64,000 nucleotides of DNA from Parvularculaceae bacterium. GTDB taxonomy: Bacteria > Pseudomonadota > Alphaproteobacteria > Caulobacterales > Parvularculaceae. The stretch lies in the NCBI GenBank assembly GCA_034522715.1, contig JAXHLA010000001.1, positions 20,065 to 84,064 of the forward strand. The letters are read 5' to 3'. Every line of letters starts with the position of its first letter. The first letter of the stretch is position 1. The notes below the pieces were generated by a model, which saw only the letters and a list, made by a program, of their open reading frames with translations, did no database searches and was not told the DNA's origin. A program made the translations under genes and the position numbers. Shown here in pieces: positions 9,393 through 17,238 of the stretch.

Positions 9393-10805
9393 ATGGCGGG
9401 ATGGTTCAGGATCAAGCTTTGGAAGCGTGTTTTTCTCGGCTTAATCCTGGGCGTCGCCTTCGGGATTCTCGTGTCGCGGACCATGGATGCGGTTGCGGCG
9501 GAGGCGCTGCTATCGCAGGTGCGGATCGCCGGCGACATTTTCATCGCGCTGATCCGGCTCGTCATCGTGCCGCTGATTTTTTTGACGCTTGTTGCGGGCG
9601 TCGTCGCGCTCGGCGATCCGGCAAAGCTCGGAACCATCGGCGTCAAGACGATCGCGCTTTATCTCGGCACGACGGTGATCGCGAACATCATCGGTCTCGG
9701 CATGGGGACGATTTTCCAGCCGGGCAAGGGCGTTGATCTCGGCGGCGCCGCGCCGCGCGTCATTTCAACGGAGTCCGCGGGGCTCCTTGAGCGCCTTGCC
9801 GGCATGGCGACGAAAAATCCGTTCGAAGGGGTGATGGCCGGCGATCCGCAAACGCTGGCGTTGACCGCCATCTTGATGATCGCTGGCGCGCTCGCGGCCT
9901 GGCTCTCCATCCGCGCCGGCGAAAAGCGCGCCCTGTCGTCGATCGTTTTCGCCGCGCTTCTCGCCCTCGGCATTGCGGCGGCTTCGGCGGACATTCTCGT
10001 CGTCATTTTCGTGTCGCTGGTTTTCGGCGTCGCGCTCCTCTTCTCGCGCAGTAACGCCGCCGCGTCGTTTTTCTCCTACGCCTCCGACAAGGTGCTTGTC
10101 GTCACCCACTGGATCATGGAGCTTGCGCCCATCGGCGTCTTCGCGCTCATCGCCTATGTCGCCGGCACAAAGGGCGTCGAGACCTTCACGGCGGTCGCTG
10201 CGCTCGCCGCTGCGGTTTATCTCGGCTGCTTCCTGCACATGGGCCTTGTCTATGGCGGGCTGATCAAATTTGTCCTGCGGCTTCCTTTCGTCAATTTCTT
10301 CCGCGGCATTCTCGACGCGATGATGGTCGCGTTCTCGACGTCGTCGTCCTCGGCGACGCTTCCCGTCACGATCGCCAGCGTTTCGGGCAATCTCGGCGTT
10401 TCGAAATCAATCGCGGGATCGGTGTTGCCGCTCGGCGCGACCATCAACATGGACGGCACTGCGCTTTACCTCGGCATTGTCGCGCTCTTCACCGCGCAGG
10501 CGTTCGGCTATCCGGTCGCGTGGCATCATTATCCGTTGATCGCGCTCACCGCCGGCCTCGTCTCGATCGGCGCAGCAGGGATTCCCTCCGCCTCGCTGTT
10601 TCTCCTTGCGACCGTGCTCAGCGTTTTCGGCGTCAGCGCCGAGCATACCGCTCTCGTCGTCGGCTTCATCTTCCCGTTCGACCGTCCGCTCGACATGATG
10701 CGCACCGTCGTCAACGTGACGGGCGACGCAGCGGTGGCAACCACGGTCGCAAAATGGGAAGGCGAGCTAGACGAGGATGTGTTCCGGTCGCGCCCGGCGG
10801 CCTGA
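9393..10805 (+). CDS. Dicarboxylate/amino acid:cation symporter (DAACS/GltP-DctA family) with an extra hydrophobic insertion
   Basis: Family motifs NPFEG, SSSATLP, GATINMDGTA, DRPLDMMRTVVNVTGD. Track start 9375 is GTG; ATG 9393 follows a GAGGGA RBS. Confidence 0.85.
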   Translation: MAGWFRIKLWKRVFLGLILGVAFGILVSRTMDAVAAEALLSQVRIAGDIFIALIRLVIVPLIFLTLVAGVVALGDPAKLGTIGVKTIALYLGTTVIANIIGLGMGTIFQPGKGVDLGGAAPRVISTESAGLLERLAGMATKNPFEGVMAGDPQTLALTAILMIAGALAAWLSIRAGEKRALSSIVFAALLALGIAAASADILVVIFVSLVFGVALLFSRSNAAASFFSYASDKVLVVTHWIMELAPIGVFALIAYVAGTKGVETFTAVAALAAAVYLGCFLHMGLVYGGLIKFVLRLPFVNFFRGILDAMMVAFSTSSSSATLPVTIASVSGNLGVSKSIAGSVLPLGATINMDGTALYLGIVALFTAQAFGYPVAWHHYPLIALTAGLVSIGAAGIPSASLFLLATVLSVFGVSAEHTALVVGFIFPFDRPLDMMRTVVNVTGDAAVATTVAKWEGELDEDVFRSRPAA

Positions 10806-10808
10806 GCG

Positions 10809-12215
10809 TCAGGCTGTCTGCTTCGCGATCAGCGTTTGCAAATTCATCGCTGCGCGCATGGCGTTGGCTTTCAGGCGCGCGATGACCGCCTGCTTGTCGG
10901 CGTCGTCCGGGGAAACGGCCCCAATCACCTTGCCGAAGCCGTCGAGGCGGCTCTCATAGATCCAGCGGCGGACGCGCTTGTCCTGCGACCAGGCGAGCTG
11001 GTTTCCAAGGTTCGCCAGCGTCGCTATCAGATATTGATCGAGCGTATCGGGCAGCGGCACGGCATTGCACAGCGCGTTCTTCTGCGCGTCGTCGTCATAG
11101 GCGGCCTCAAGGAAAGCGCACAGCGCGGCGCTGAACGCCGGCTGCGGGATGCGCACCATCTGCAAGGTGATGAGCCCCGGCTGATAGACCGGCACGGTCG
11201 GGCGCCGCTCGACCGCTGTCGCCGTGCAGTCGATGTAAAGCGCGCCCGGGCCAACCGCGATGCGGCCCTCGTCCAGCGTCATGCCGCCTTCGTCGATCGA
11301 GCGGACGCGGCCGAGGCGCACGACATCAGTGATCCTGCGCAGGATCTCGACTTCGCCCGTCGAGATCGTCGCGTAATGGAACATCGACGGCGCCGCGCGG
11401 GGGTCGATGCGCAGCATCACGCCGCACGCTTCAAGACGCAGGAAGAGATCATCCGCAGACGTTGCTTCGGCGATCGCGCCCATCAGGTCCGCCTGCCCGC
11501 CGATCGCGTCCGTGAAAAACTCCTGCCCCGGCTGCGTCGTGCGGCGATTCAGGAGCCATGAATCGCGGGGGGTCACCCAGGTGATCGCCGCCGGATCGGC
11601 GCCCATGCTGAGAAGATAGACGCCGACATCCATCGCGGTCTTGCCAGCGCCAAGGATGACGAAGCGGGCTGGCGCCGACGCCTCTTTCCACAGATGCGGC
11701 AGCGCGTTTGGCGGAACCAGACGAACGCCAGGGCCCACGCTGAATTTCGGCGTATGGGTCGACGGGACCGTGGTGCCGTAATAGCTGGCGTCGACTGTCT
11801 TCCGGCGGATATTGACGGTCGTCTCAGCGCCCGACAGCTTCGATACGAAGCGCCCGTCGCCCCGATAGTCCGATAACGGATGATAGGAAACGCGGCCGCT
11901 CGGAAGAAGGCGCTGGTTCATCACCTTATCGAAATAGCCGCTGACCTCCGCGCCGGAGGCAAGCTCGTAATAACCAGCGTTCGGCCCCGCGACGTCCTTG
12001 CGGTTCTCACCCAGCATCATCGAATTGACGCCATAGAAAGCGGAAGGCTGGTGCAGCGTGACGAAGGAATAGGCATCATTCCAGTGCCCGCCGGGTTTTC
12101 CATGCCGGTCAACGATGGTGATGTGCGCATCCGTCTCGGCAAGCAGCGTATCGGCGAAGGCGAGCCCCACGGCCCCGGCGCCGATGATGAGATAGTCGGT
12201 GTCGTGTGCGGCCAA
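10809..12215 (-). CDS. FAD/NAD(P)-binding oxidoreductase (flavin monooxygenase-like)
   Basis: N-terminal Rossmann DYLIIGAGAVGLAFA...VDRHGKPGGHW and a second dinucleotide fold FVILGAGKTAMD. TTG start preceded by GGGGGAG. Confidence 0.7.
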   Translation of the reverse strand: MAAHDTDYLIIGAGAVGLAFADTLLAETDAHITIVDRHGKPGGHWNDAYSFVTLHQPSAFYGVNSMMLGENRKDVAGPNAGYYELASGAEVSGYFDKVMNQRLLPSGRVSYHPLSDYRGDGRFVSKLSGAETTVNIRRKTVDASYYGTTVPSTHTPKFSVGPGVRLVPPNALPHLWKEASAPARFVILGAGKTAMDVGVYLLSMGADPAAITWVTPRDSWLLNRRTTQPGQEFFTDAIGGQADLMGAIAEATSADDLFLRLEACGVMLRIDPRAAPSMFHYATISTGEVEILRRITDVVRLGRVRSIDEGGMTLDEGRIAVGPGALYIDCTATAVERRPTVPVYQPGLITLQMVRIPQPAFSAALCAFLEAAYDDDAQKNALCNAVPLPDTLDQYLIATLANLGNQLAWSQDKRVRRWIYESRLDGFGKVIGAVSPDDADKQAVIARLKANAMRAAMNLQTLIAKQTA

Positions 12216-12904
12216 GGCGAGGCTCCCCCGCGAGTGACGCGGGAAGGCCCCGCCAACAAGAAAGATAGCAGCGGCGCGGGCGGCGGGACACTGGCCATAG
12301 CGGCGCGGCCTCCCTCCCGGTTGCTTGCCTATGCGTTGGGCCCCATCGGGGGGTCATTCGTTCGCGCGCGCGGCCCCTTCTCGCCCCCACGGGGGTGGTG
12401 GGGCGCCTCGTGGGGGGGGCGCCGCCCGGATTCGAGCGCGGTGTCGTGTTTCCCTCCCGGTCTCGCCCTCGCCGCGCACGGCCCCTCTCCTTATCCGGCG
12501 CACTCCCGGATCATCCCCCCGCCGGCATCCTCCAGTTTCTCTATCCCCCCTACGAATACCGCGATTATATTTATCCGCGCTGGCGGGTGCCTCTCACTAT
12601 GGGTGGCTGTCCATTCCCTATTTCATACACGATCTTGTATACCACCGCTCGTGCCGCGCGACAGGTAAAACTCCGCCTCTCGCCCCCACACCCCCCGCAC
12701 TACCTCAGCGTACTCTATCCTCTCCCCCCCCCAAAAATGCCTTGCCTCCCTCCATCCCCCCCGCTATAGCCCGGGGTGAAATCTGGAAGTTCGTCTTCCT
12801 GGCTTTGCCGGCACGACCCCCTAAGAAGAAAAAGGGACGGGGCCGGGGAGCCGCCGCCGACGGGGTAATGCCCTCTCGGCGGTCGATGTCGTTTGAGAGG
12901 ACTG
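12216..12904 (+). other. Long non-coding, C-rich/G-poor strand-skewed tract (no credible ORF)
   Basis: Runs such as ccccccc, cctctcccccccc and cctccctccatccccccc. Repeated CCUCC-like motifs on the + strand and G-runs on the - strand. ORFs here translate to Pro/Arg/Ser junk. Confidence 0.6.
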
Positions 12905-13030
12905 ATGTTCGAAAGCCTGAGCGATCGCCTTGGCTCCATCTTCGAAAAACTCCGTGGCCCGCGCGCGGACGCGCGCAACCTATTGAGTCTGCCGCGCAGG
13001 CGCTCGGGATTAGGGGCGCGGCATGTTTGA
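12905..13030 (+). other. 41-codon uORF whose first 18 codons are a diverged copy of the ffh 5' end; its stop overlaps the ffh start
   Basis: MFESLSDRLGSIFEKLRG versus genuine [18 protein letters not shown] at 13023. GAGAGGA SD 3-4 nt upstream. TGA at 13028-13030 lies inside ffh codons 2-3. Confidence 0.5.
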
Positions 13031-14561
13031 GACGCTGAGCGAGCGGCTGGGCGCTGTCTTCGAGCGCCTGCGCGGCAGGGGTGCGCTCGAAGAAAAGGAC
13101 GTCGACGCCGCCTTGCGCGAGGTGCGCGTTGCGCTGCTCGAGGCTGACGTCGCGCTGTCTGTCGCCAAGGATTTCATCGCCAAGGTGCGCGAGCGCGCCG
13201 TCGGGGCCGAAGTGTTGCGCTCCGTCACGCCGGGCCAGCAGGTCGTCAAGATCGTCAACGATGTGCTCGCCGAGACGCTGGGCGGCGACGATAGCGAGAG
13301 CGCGCTCAATCTTGCGATGGCGCCGCCCGCGCCGCTCCTGATGGTCGGCCTCCAGGGCTCCGGTAAAACGACGACGACCGCGAAGATCGCGAACCGCCTG
13401 CAGACGCGCGAGAAAAAGCGTGTGCTGATGGCCTCGCTCGACACCCGCCGTCCGGCGGCGATGGAGCAGCTGCGCGTGCTTGGCGAGCAGGCGGGCGTCA
13501 AGACACTCCCCATCGTCGAGGGGCAAACGCCGCTGCAGATCGCGCGCCGCGCGATGGAAGCGGGTCGCCTCGGCGGCTTCGATGTCGTGATGCTCGACAC
13601 CGCAGGCCGGCTCTCGATCGATGAAGAGCTGATGGCGGAAGTCGCCGAAATTCATCGCCTGACGAACCCGATCGAAACGCTCCTCGTCGTCGATGCGTTG
13701 ACGGGTCAGGATGCGGTCGTCACGGCCGAAAAATTCAAGGCGCGTCTTCCCGTCACCGGCGTCGTGCTGACGCGCGTTGACGGCGACGCCCGCGGGGGCG
13801 CTGCGCTGTCGATGCGCGCCGTGACGGGCAAGCCGATCAAGTTTATCGGCGTCGGCGAGAAGTTCGATGCGATTGACGTCTTCGATCCGCGCCGCATGGC
13901 GGGCCGCATTCTCGGCATGGGCGACATCGTTTCGCTGGTCGAGAAAGCCGCAAGCGAAATTGACGCCGAAAAGGCCGAAAAAGCCGCGAAGAAAATGGCG
14001 AAGGGCGAGTTCGATCTCGACGACCTCGCCGACCAGTTCCGCCAGATGCGCAAGATGGGCGGCATGGGCGCGATCATGGGCCTTCTGCCCGGCATGGGCA
14101 AAATGAAGAAGGCGCTCGATCAGGCAGGCGGTTTCGACGACAAGGAAATAAAGCGTCAGGAAGCGATCATCAGCTCCATGACGAAGGAAGAGCGGAAAAA
14201 GCCCGCCGTCCTCAACGCCAAGCGAAAGCTGCGCATCGCGGCGGGCTCGGGCACCAGTGTGCCGGAGATCAACAAGCTCCTGAAAGCCCATCGCCAGATG
14301 GCGGACATGATGAAGAAGCTGGGCAAGGGCGGCATGCGCGGCCTCGCTGCGCAGATGGCGGGGATGGGCGGAATGCCGGGCCTCGGCGCTATGCCGGGCA
14401 TGCCCGGCGGCATCGGCGGGCGCGACTTGACAGCGCTAGGGCAAGGAAAAGCTCCGCCCAAGGATGATGTTGATTTCGACGCGTTAGAGCGCGCGATGAA
14501 AGGCTTAGGGCCGACGCCGCCCGGACTGGGCGGATTGCCGGGCTTTGGGAAGAAAAACTGA
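13023..14561 (+). CDS. ffh: Signal recognition particle protein Ffh
   Basis: N domain, then SRP54 G domain motifs [25 protein letters not shown]. Met-rich M domain ([17 protein letters not shown]). Confidence 0.97.
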   Translation: MFETLSERLGAVFERLRGRGALEEKDVDAALREVRVALLEADVALSVAKDFIAKVRERAVGAEVLRSVTPGQQVVKIVNDVLAETLGGDDSESALNLAMAPPAPLLMVGLQGSGKTTTTAKIANRLQTREKKRVLMASLDTRRPAAMEQLRVLGEQAGVKTLPIVEGQTPLQIARRAMEAGRLGGFDVVMLDTAGRLSIDEELMAEVAEIHRLTNPIETLLVVDALTGQDAVVTAEKFKARLPVTGVVLTRVDGDARGGAALSMRAVTGKPIKFIGVGEKFDAIDVFDPRRMAGRILGMGDIVSLVEKAASEIDAEKAEKAAKKMAKGEFDLDDLADQFRQMRKMGGMGAIMGLLPGMGKMKKALDQAGGFDDKEIKRQEAIISSMTKEERKKPAVLNAKRKLRIAAGSGTSVPEINKLLKAHRQMADMMKKLGKGGMRGLAAQMAGMGGMPGLGAMPGMPGGIGGRDLTALGQGKAPPKDDVDFDALERAMKGLGPTPPGLGGLPGFGKKN

Positions 14562-14592
14562 GTTCAACGAACGACTGAAAGGAACACTGAAA

Positions 14593-14958
14593 ATGTCTGT
14601 GAAACTTCGCCTCGCCCGCCGCGGCACCAAGAAGCGCCCATTTTATCACCTCGTCGCGGCTGACAGCCACGCGGCGCGCGACGGCAAATATATCGAAAAG
14701 CTCGGCACCTACGATCCGCTGCTCGGCAAGACCAATGAGAAGCGCGTGCAGTTCGACGTCGAGCGCGTGAAGCACTGGCTCTCGAAAGGCGCCCAGCCGT
14801 CCGATCGCGTCGCGCGCTTCCTTTCCGCGCAGGGCCTTGTCAAATGGGAGCACGGCAACAATCCTGAGAAGTCGCAGCCGAAAGCCAGAGCCCAGGAACG
14901 CGCGAAAGAACGCGCCGCAAAAGAGGCGGCAGGCGCCGAGGCGCCGGCGGCGGAGTAG
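14593..14958 (+). CDS. rpsP: 30S ribosomal protein S16
   Basis: [53 protein letters not shown]. Lys/Ala/Glu-rich C-terminal extension common in alphaproteobacteria. Confidence 0.95.
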   Translation: MSVKLRLARRGTKKRPFYHLVAADSHAARDGKYIEKLGTYDPLLGKTNEKRVQFDVERVKHWLSKGAQPSDRVARFLSAQGLVKWEHGNNPEKSQPKARAQERAKERAAKEAAGAEAPAAE

Positions 14959-15027
14959 CGCCGGCCGCGCGTTCATCAGCGCGCTTAGGTCGTTCTACCT
15001 GCCTCGCGGGGGGACAGGCCCGAAAGT

Positions 15028-15163
15028 GTCACTCCGTCATCCCGGACGGCGCAGCCGATCCGGGATCCATCTCCCGGAACGCGCAAGGGTTCCCGCTGAT
15101 ATTTCAGGAGCAGGACCCCGGGCTCGCGCCGAAGGGGCGCGCCCCGGGGTGACGGGTGGAATG
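15028..15163. repeat. MITE-like element with imperfect terminal inverted repeats
   Basis: Left end cactccgtcatcccgg versus reverse complement of the right end ccacccgtcaccccgg. Internal GC hairpins (ccccgggctcgcgccgaaggggcgcgccccgggg). Confidence 0.55.
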
Positions 15164-15257
15164 AGAATTCCCTCATTACACGAATTAACCATACGCGATT
15201 CCCGTTATTGATTGTTTGACATCGGGGTGCGTTCAGCCCCAATATCGCGGGTGTTGA

Positions 15258-15298
15258 AGCGCCGCGCGGCTCCCGCCGCCGGCGCTATTTTCGTTTCC
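15258..15298 (+). terminator. Rho-independent terminator candidate (possibly the displaced rpsP terminator)
   Basis: Stem AGCGCCG(c)GCGG / CCGC..CGGCGCT followed by ATTTTCGTTTCC. Confidence 0.45.
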
Positions 15299-15412
15299 GG
15301 GTTTGAAAAGTCTGGTTGATCGCTCGGGTTCGGCGGCTCTTGTCGCTGGCTGGGCGAGGAAAAGCACCCCCCGGGGCCGAAAGGCCGCCTGACGGGAGCG
15401 GGGACGCGCGCC

Positions 15413-15519
15413 GCATCCTTCGTGACGCGCGGCCGAAGGGGCGCGCTCCTCAGGATGAAGACGAGGGTTCTCCTTCATCCTGAGGAGCGGCCTCCTTCAG
15501 GCCGCGTCACGAAGGATGC
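15413..15519. repeat. ~107-bp near-perfect palindromic intergenic repeat (REP/MITE-like)
   Basis: gcatccttcgtgacgcgcggccgaaggggcgcgctcctcaggatgaag ... cttcatcctgaggagcggcctccttcaggccgcgtcacgaaggatgc. A half copy lies at 9246-9288. Confidence 0.75.
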
Positions 15520-15689
15520 GGGGCGCCGAACGCCAGGAGGCGAGAAGGGAGAAACGCTCCCAATTCTCCCTACAATTTCCTCCGCAGACTACGGAGCTTA
15601 TCGCTGCAGCCCGCGGGCAAGGCCGATCGATGCCCGGCCCCGCGCGGAAAAAAGGAGTATTTTTCAGAGCGCGCTCGTCGCGACGGCGC

Positions 15690-17006
15690 TTAGCGGTAAA
15701 ACGCCGTTTCGGCCCCTGAGAACGCCCATGGTTCTTCGAGGTCGATGCAGCTTTCGACGCCGCGCGCTTCGATCTTCAGCAGAGGCGGGGCGCCATCGGC
15801 GGCTTCGATGCCGAGCAGGATCACCGCGTCGATCCGTGGGCCGACGAAATTGGCGCGCAGGCCTTGATAGCACACAAGGTCGCCGGCGTTCACGTCCTCG
15901 AAGGGCGGATTGATGCGGCCGTCGCCTTTGTCGAAGGTGAGGAAATCGCGCGCAGCGCTCGCGCGTTCCTCGTCGAGCATGGGCGCCAGCGCCACCATCT
16001 CCGGCGTCAGCGACTTCACCCGGCCATGCAGGGCAAGGATCAGGCGCTCCGGATCGACGGCGTCGGGGGCGAGCGCGATGGCGCTCACCTTGTCGGTGCG
16101 GCCATTATGCGAGGCGTCGGTGAACCACGCGCCCTGCGCGGCGCCCGGAATGTCGGCGAGCGCGGTGCGGCAGGCATTGTCGCCCTTCGCGGTGCGCATG
16201 CCCCAGGCGTCGCCGAGCTTTTCTTTCCAGCCAGCGGCGACATCCGCGGGCAGATAATCGAGCGGGCACTGAATGCGGCTGGCGTCCGTCGAAAGCGCCG
16301 CCAGCACTTTCTCCGGCGCGGAGATCGCCGATGCGACGGCATAAGCGTTCGTCACATAGCGTTCAGGGCGGTCGAGCGGCGCGGGCGCCCGCCGCTTGTC
16401 TTCGAGGAGGACGTCGAAACCGTCAGCCTTGCCGATCGTGTCACCCTTCTTCACGCGCACGGTTGTCGCCATCGCCAGCCGGTCAGGGCCGCCGATCTCG
16501 CTCATAGCCTTGATCCCGCCAGCGCCGGCGAGGATCACGGGCGCGATCGTGTCGAGGTCGTCATAGACAATGCGCACGGCGTCGCAGACGGCAAGATGCA
16601 CGCTCCAGCTTTCGCGGGTTGCATCGCCGGCCTCGTTCCGAGCCGTGCGCCGTTCGATGGCGATGATGTCGGCTTTCGCCGGCGCAAGCGCTGTCGTCTG
16701 GCGGCGCTCGAACAGCGACTGGCCTTTTTTGGTGTTAAGCCGGATCGCCGGGGCGGGCAGCGTTTCACCCGGCGCGGTGACGCCGCCAAGCGGCGAAATC
16801 GAAAGAATATCGTCAAGGGGCGCAAACGCGGCGCCGAGCGCCCCTTCTCCCGCCGGGCAGGGACGCTCCGACAGCGGAACATCTTTGCCAGCGATCGAGG
16901 CCATGCGCGCGGTCGCATCCTTGCCGCCGGACGGGTTCACCACGGCGAAGCCGAGCGCGCCGGCCGCCGTCAACGCCGCGGCAAGACGCAGATAATACTC
17001 AGACAT
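15690..17006 (-). CDS. Hypothetical secreted protein, no recognisable domain
   Basis: ATG at 17006 gives MSEYYLRLAAALTAAGALGFAV (signal-like). Balanced amino-acid composition, unlike the Arg-rich antisense ORF 15864..17021. Confidence 0.6.
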   Translation of the reverse strand: MSEYYLRLAAALTAAGALGFAVVNPSGGKDATARMASIAGKDVPLSERPCPAGEGALGAAFAPLDDILSISPLGGVTAPGETLPAPAIRLNTKKGQSLFERRQTTALAPAKADIIAIERRTARNEAGDATRESWSVHLAVCDAVRIVYDDLDTIAPVILAGAGGIKAMSEIGGPDRLAMATTVRVKKGDTIGKADGFDVLLEDKRRAPAPLDRPERYVTNAYAVASAISAPEKVLAALSTDASRIQCPLDYLPADVAAGWKEKLGDAWGMRTAKGDNACRTALADIPGAAQGAWFTDASHNGRTDKVSAIALAPDAVDPERLILALHGRVKSLTPEMVALAPMLDEERASAARDFLTFDKGDGRINPPFEDVNAGDLVCYQGLRANFVGPRIDAVILLGIEAADGAPPLLKIEARGVESCIDLEEPWAFSGAETAFYR

Positions 17007-17238
17007 GATCCCGCGTCCTAAACCCCCCGCCCTCACGCCGCAGGGCGGCCCCCAAGCCGTCGTCGTCCTTGCATGACAAAATCGCGGCGGGGTCCGGTGA
17101 AGTCAAGGAAAGCGGGGTTAATCCGCAGTCATTGAACCGCGCCGTTGCCCTGCCGCCGCACCTTTTGCGTCCTTGCCGGTTGTCTCGACAGGCGAGGGCG
17201 CATTCGCGATAGTGCGCCCCGGAATCGGAGGGGTATTC

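Noticed and set aside
12325-13038. 237-aa + strand ORF (and the overlapping ORFs 11880..12668 and 12395..12769) in the C-rich tract.
   Set aside because: The translations are Pro/Ser/Arg/Leu low-complexity strings produced by the C-rich skew. There is no RBS or motif, and the ORF runs into the ffh start in another frame.
12705-14291. 528-aa ORF on the - strand.
   Set aside because: It is antisense to ffh, whose SRP54 motifs are unambiguous. Its composition is Arg/His/Asp/Leu-rich with no motifs.
15413-15519. Possible CRISPR array or repeat.
   Set aside because: It is a single inverted (palindromic) unit plus one distant half-copy. There are no regularly spaced direct repeats, no spacers and no cas genes in the window.
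15422-15913. ORFs reading through the palindromic repeats (e.g. ...LLRMKTRVLLHPEERPPSGRVTKDAG...).
   Set aside because: They are generated by the repeat element itself, since both arms give mirror-like peptides. This is a known source of false hypothetical proteins in alphaproteobacterial annotations.
15864-17021. 385-aa + strand ORF overlapping the orphan gene.
   Set aside because: It is extremely Arg-rich (RRRGR..., RRQRRGK). The - strand frame has a signal peptide and normal composition, so the - strand was called instead.
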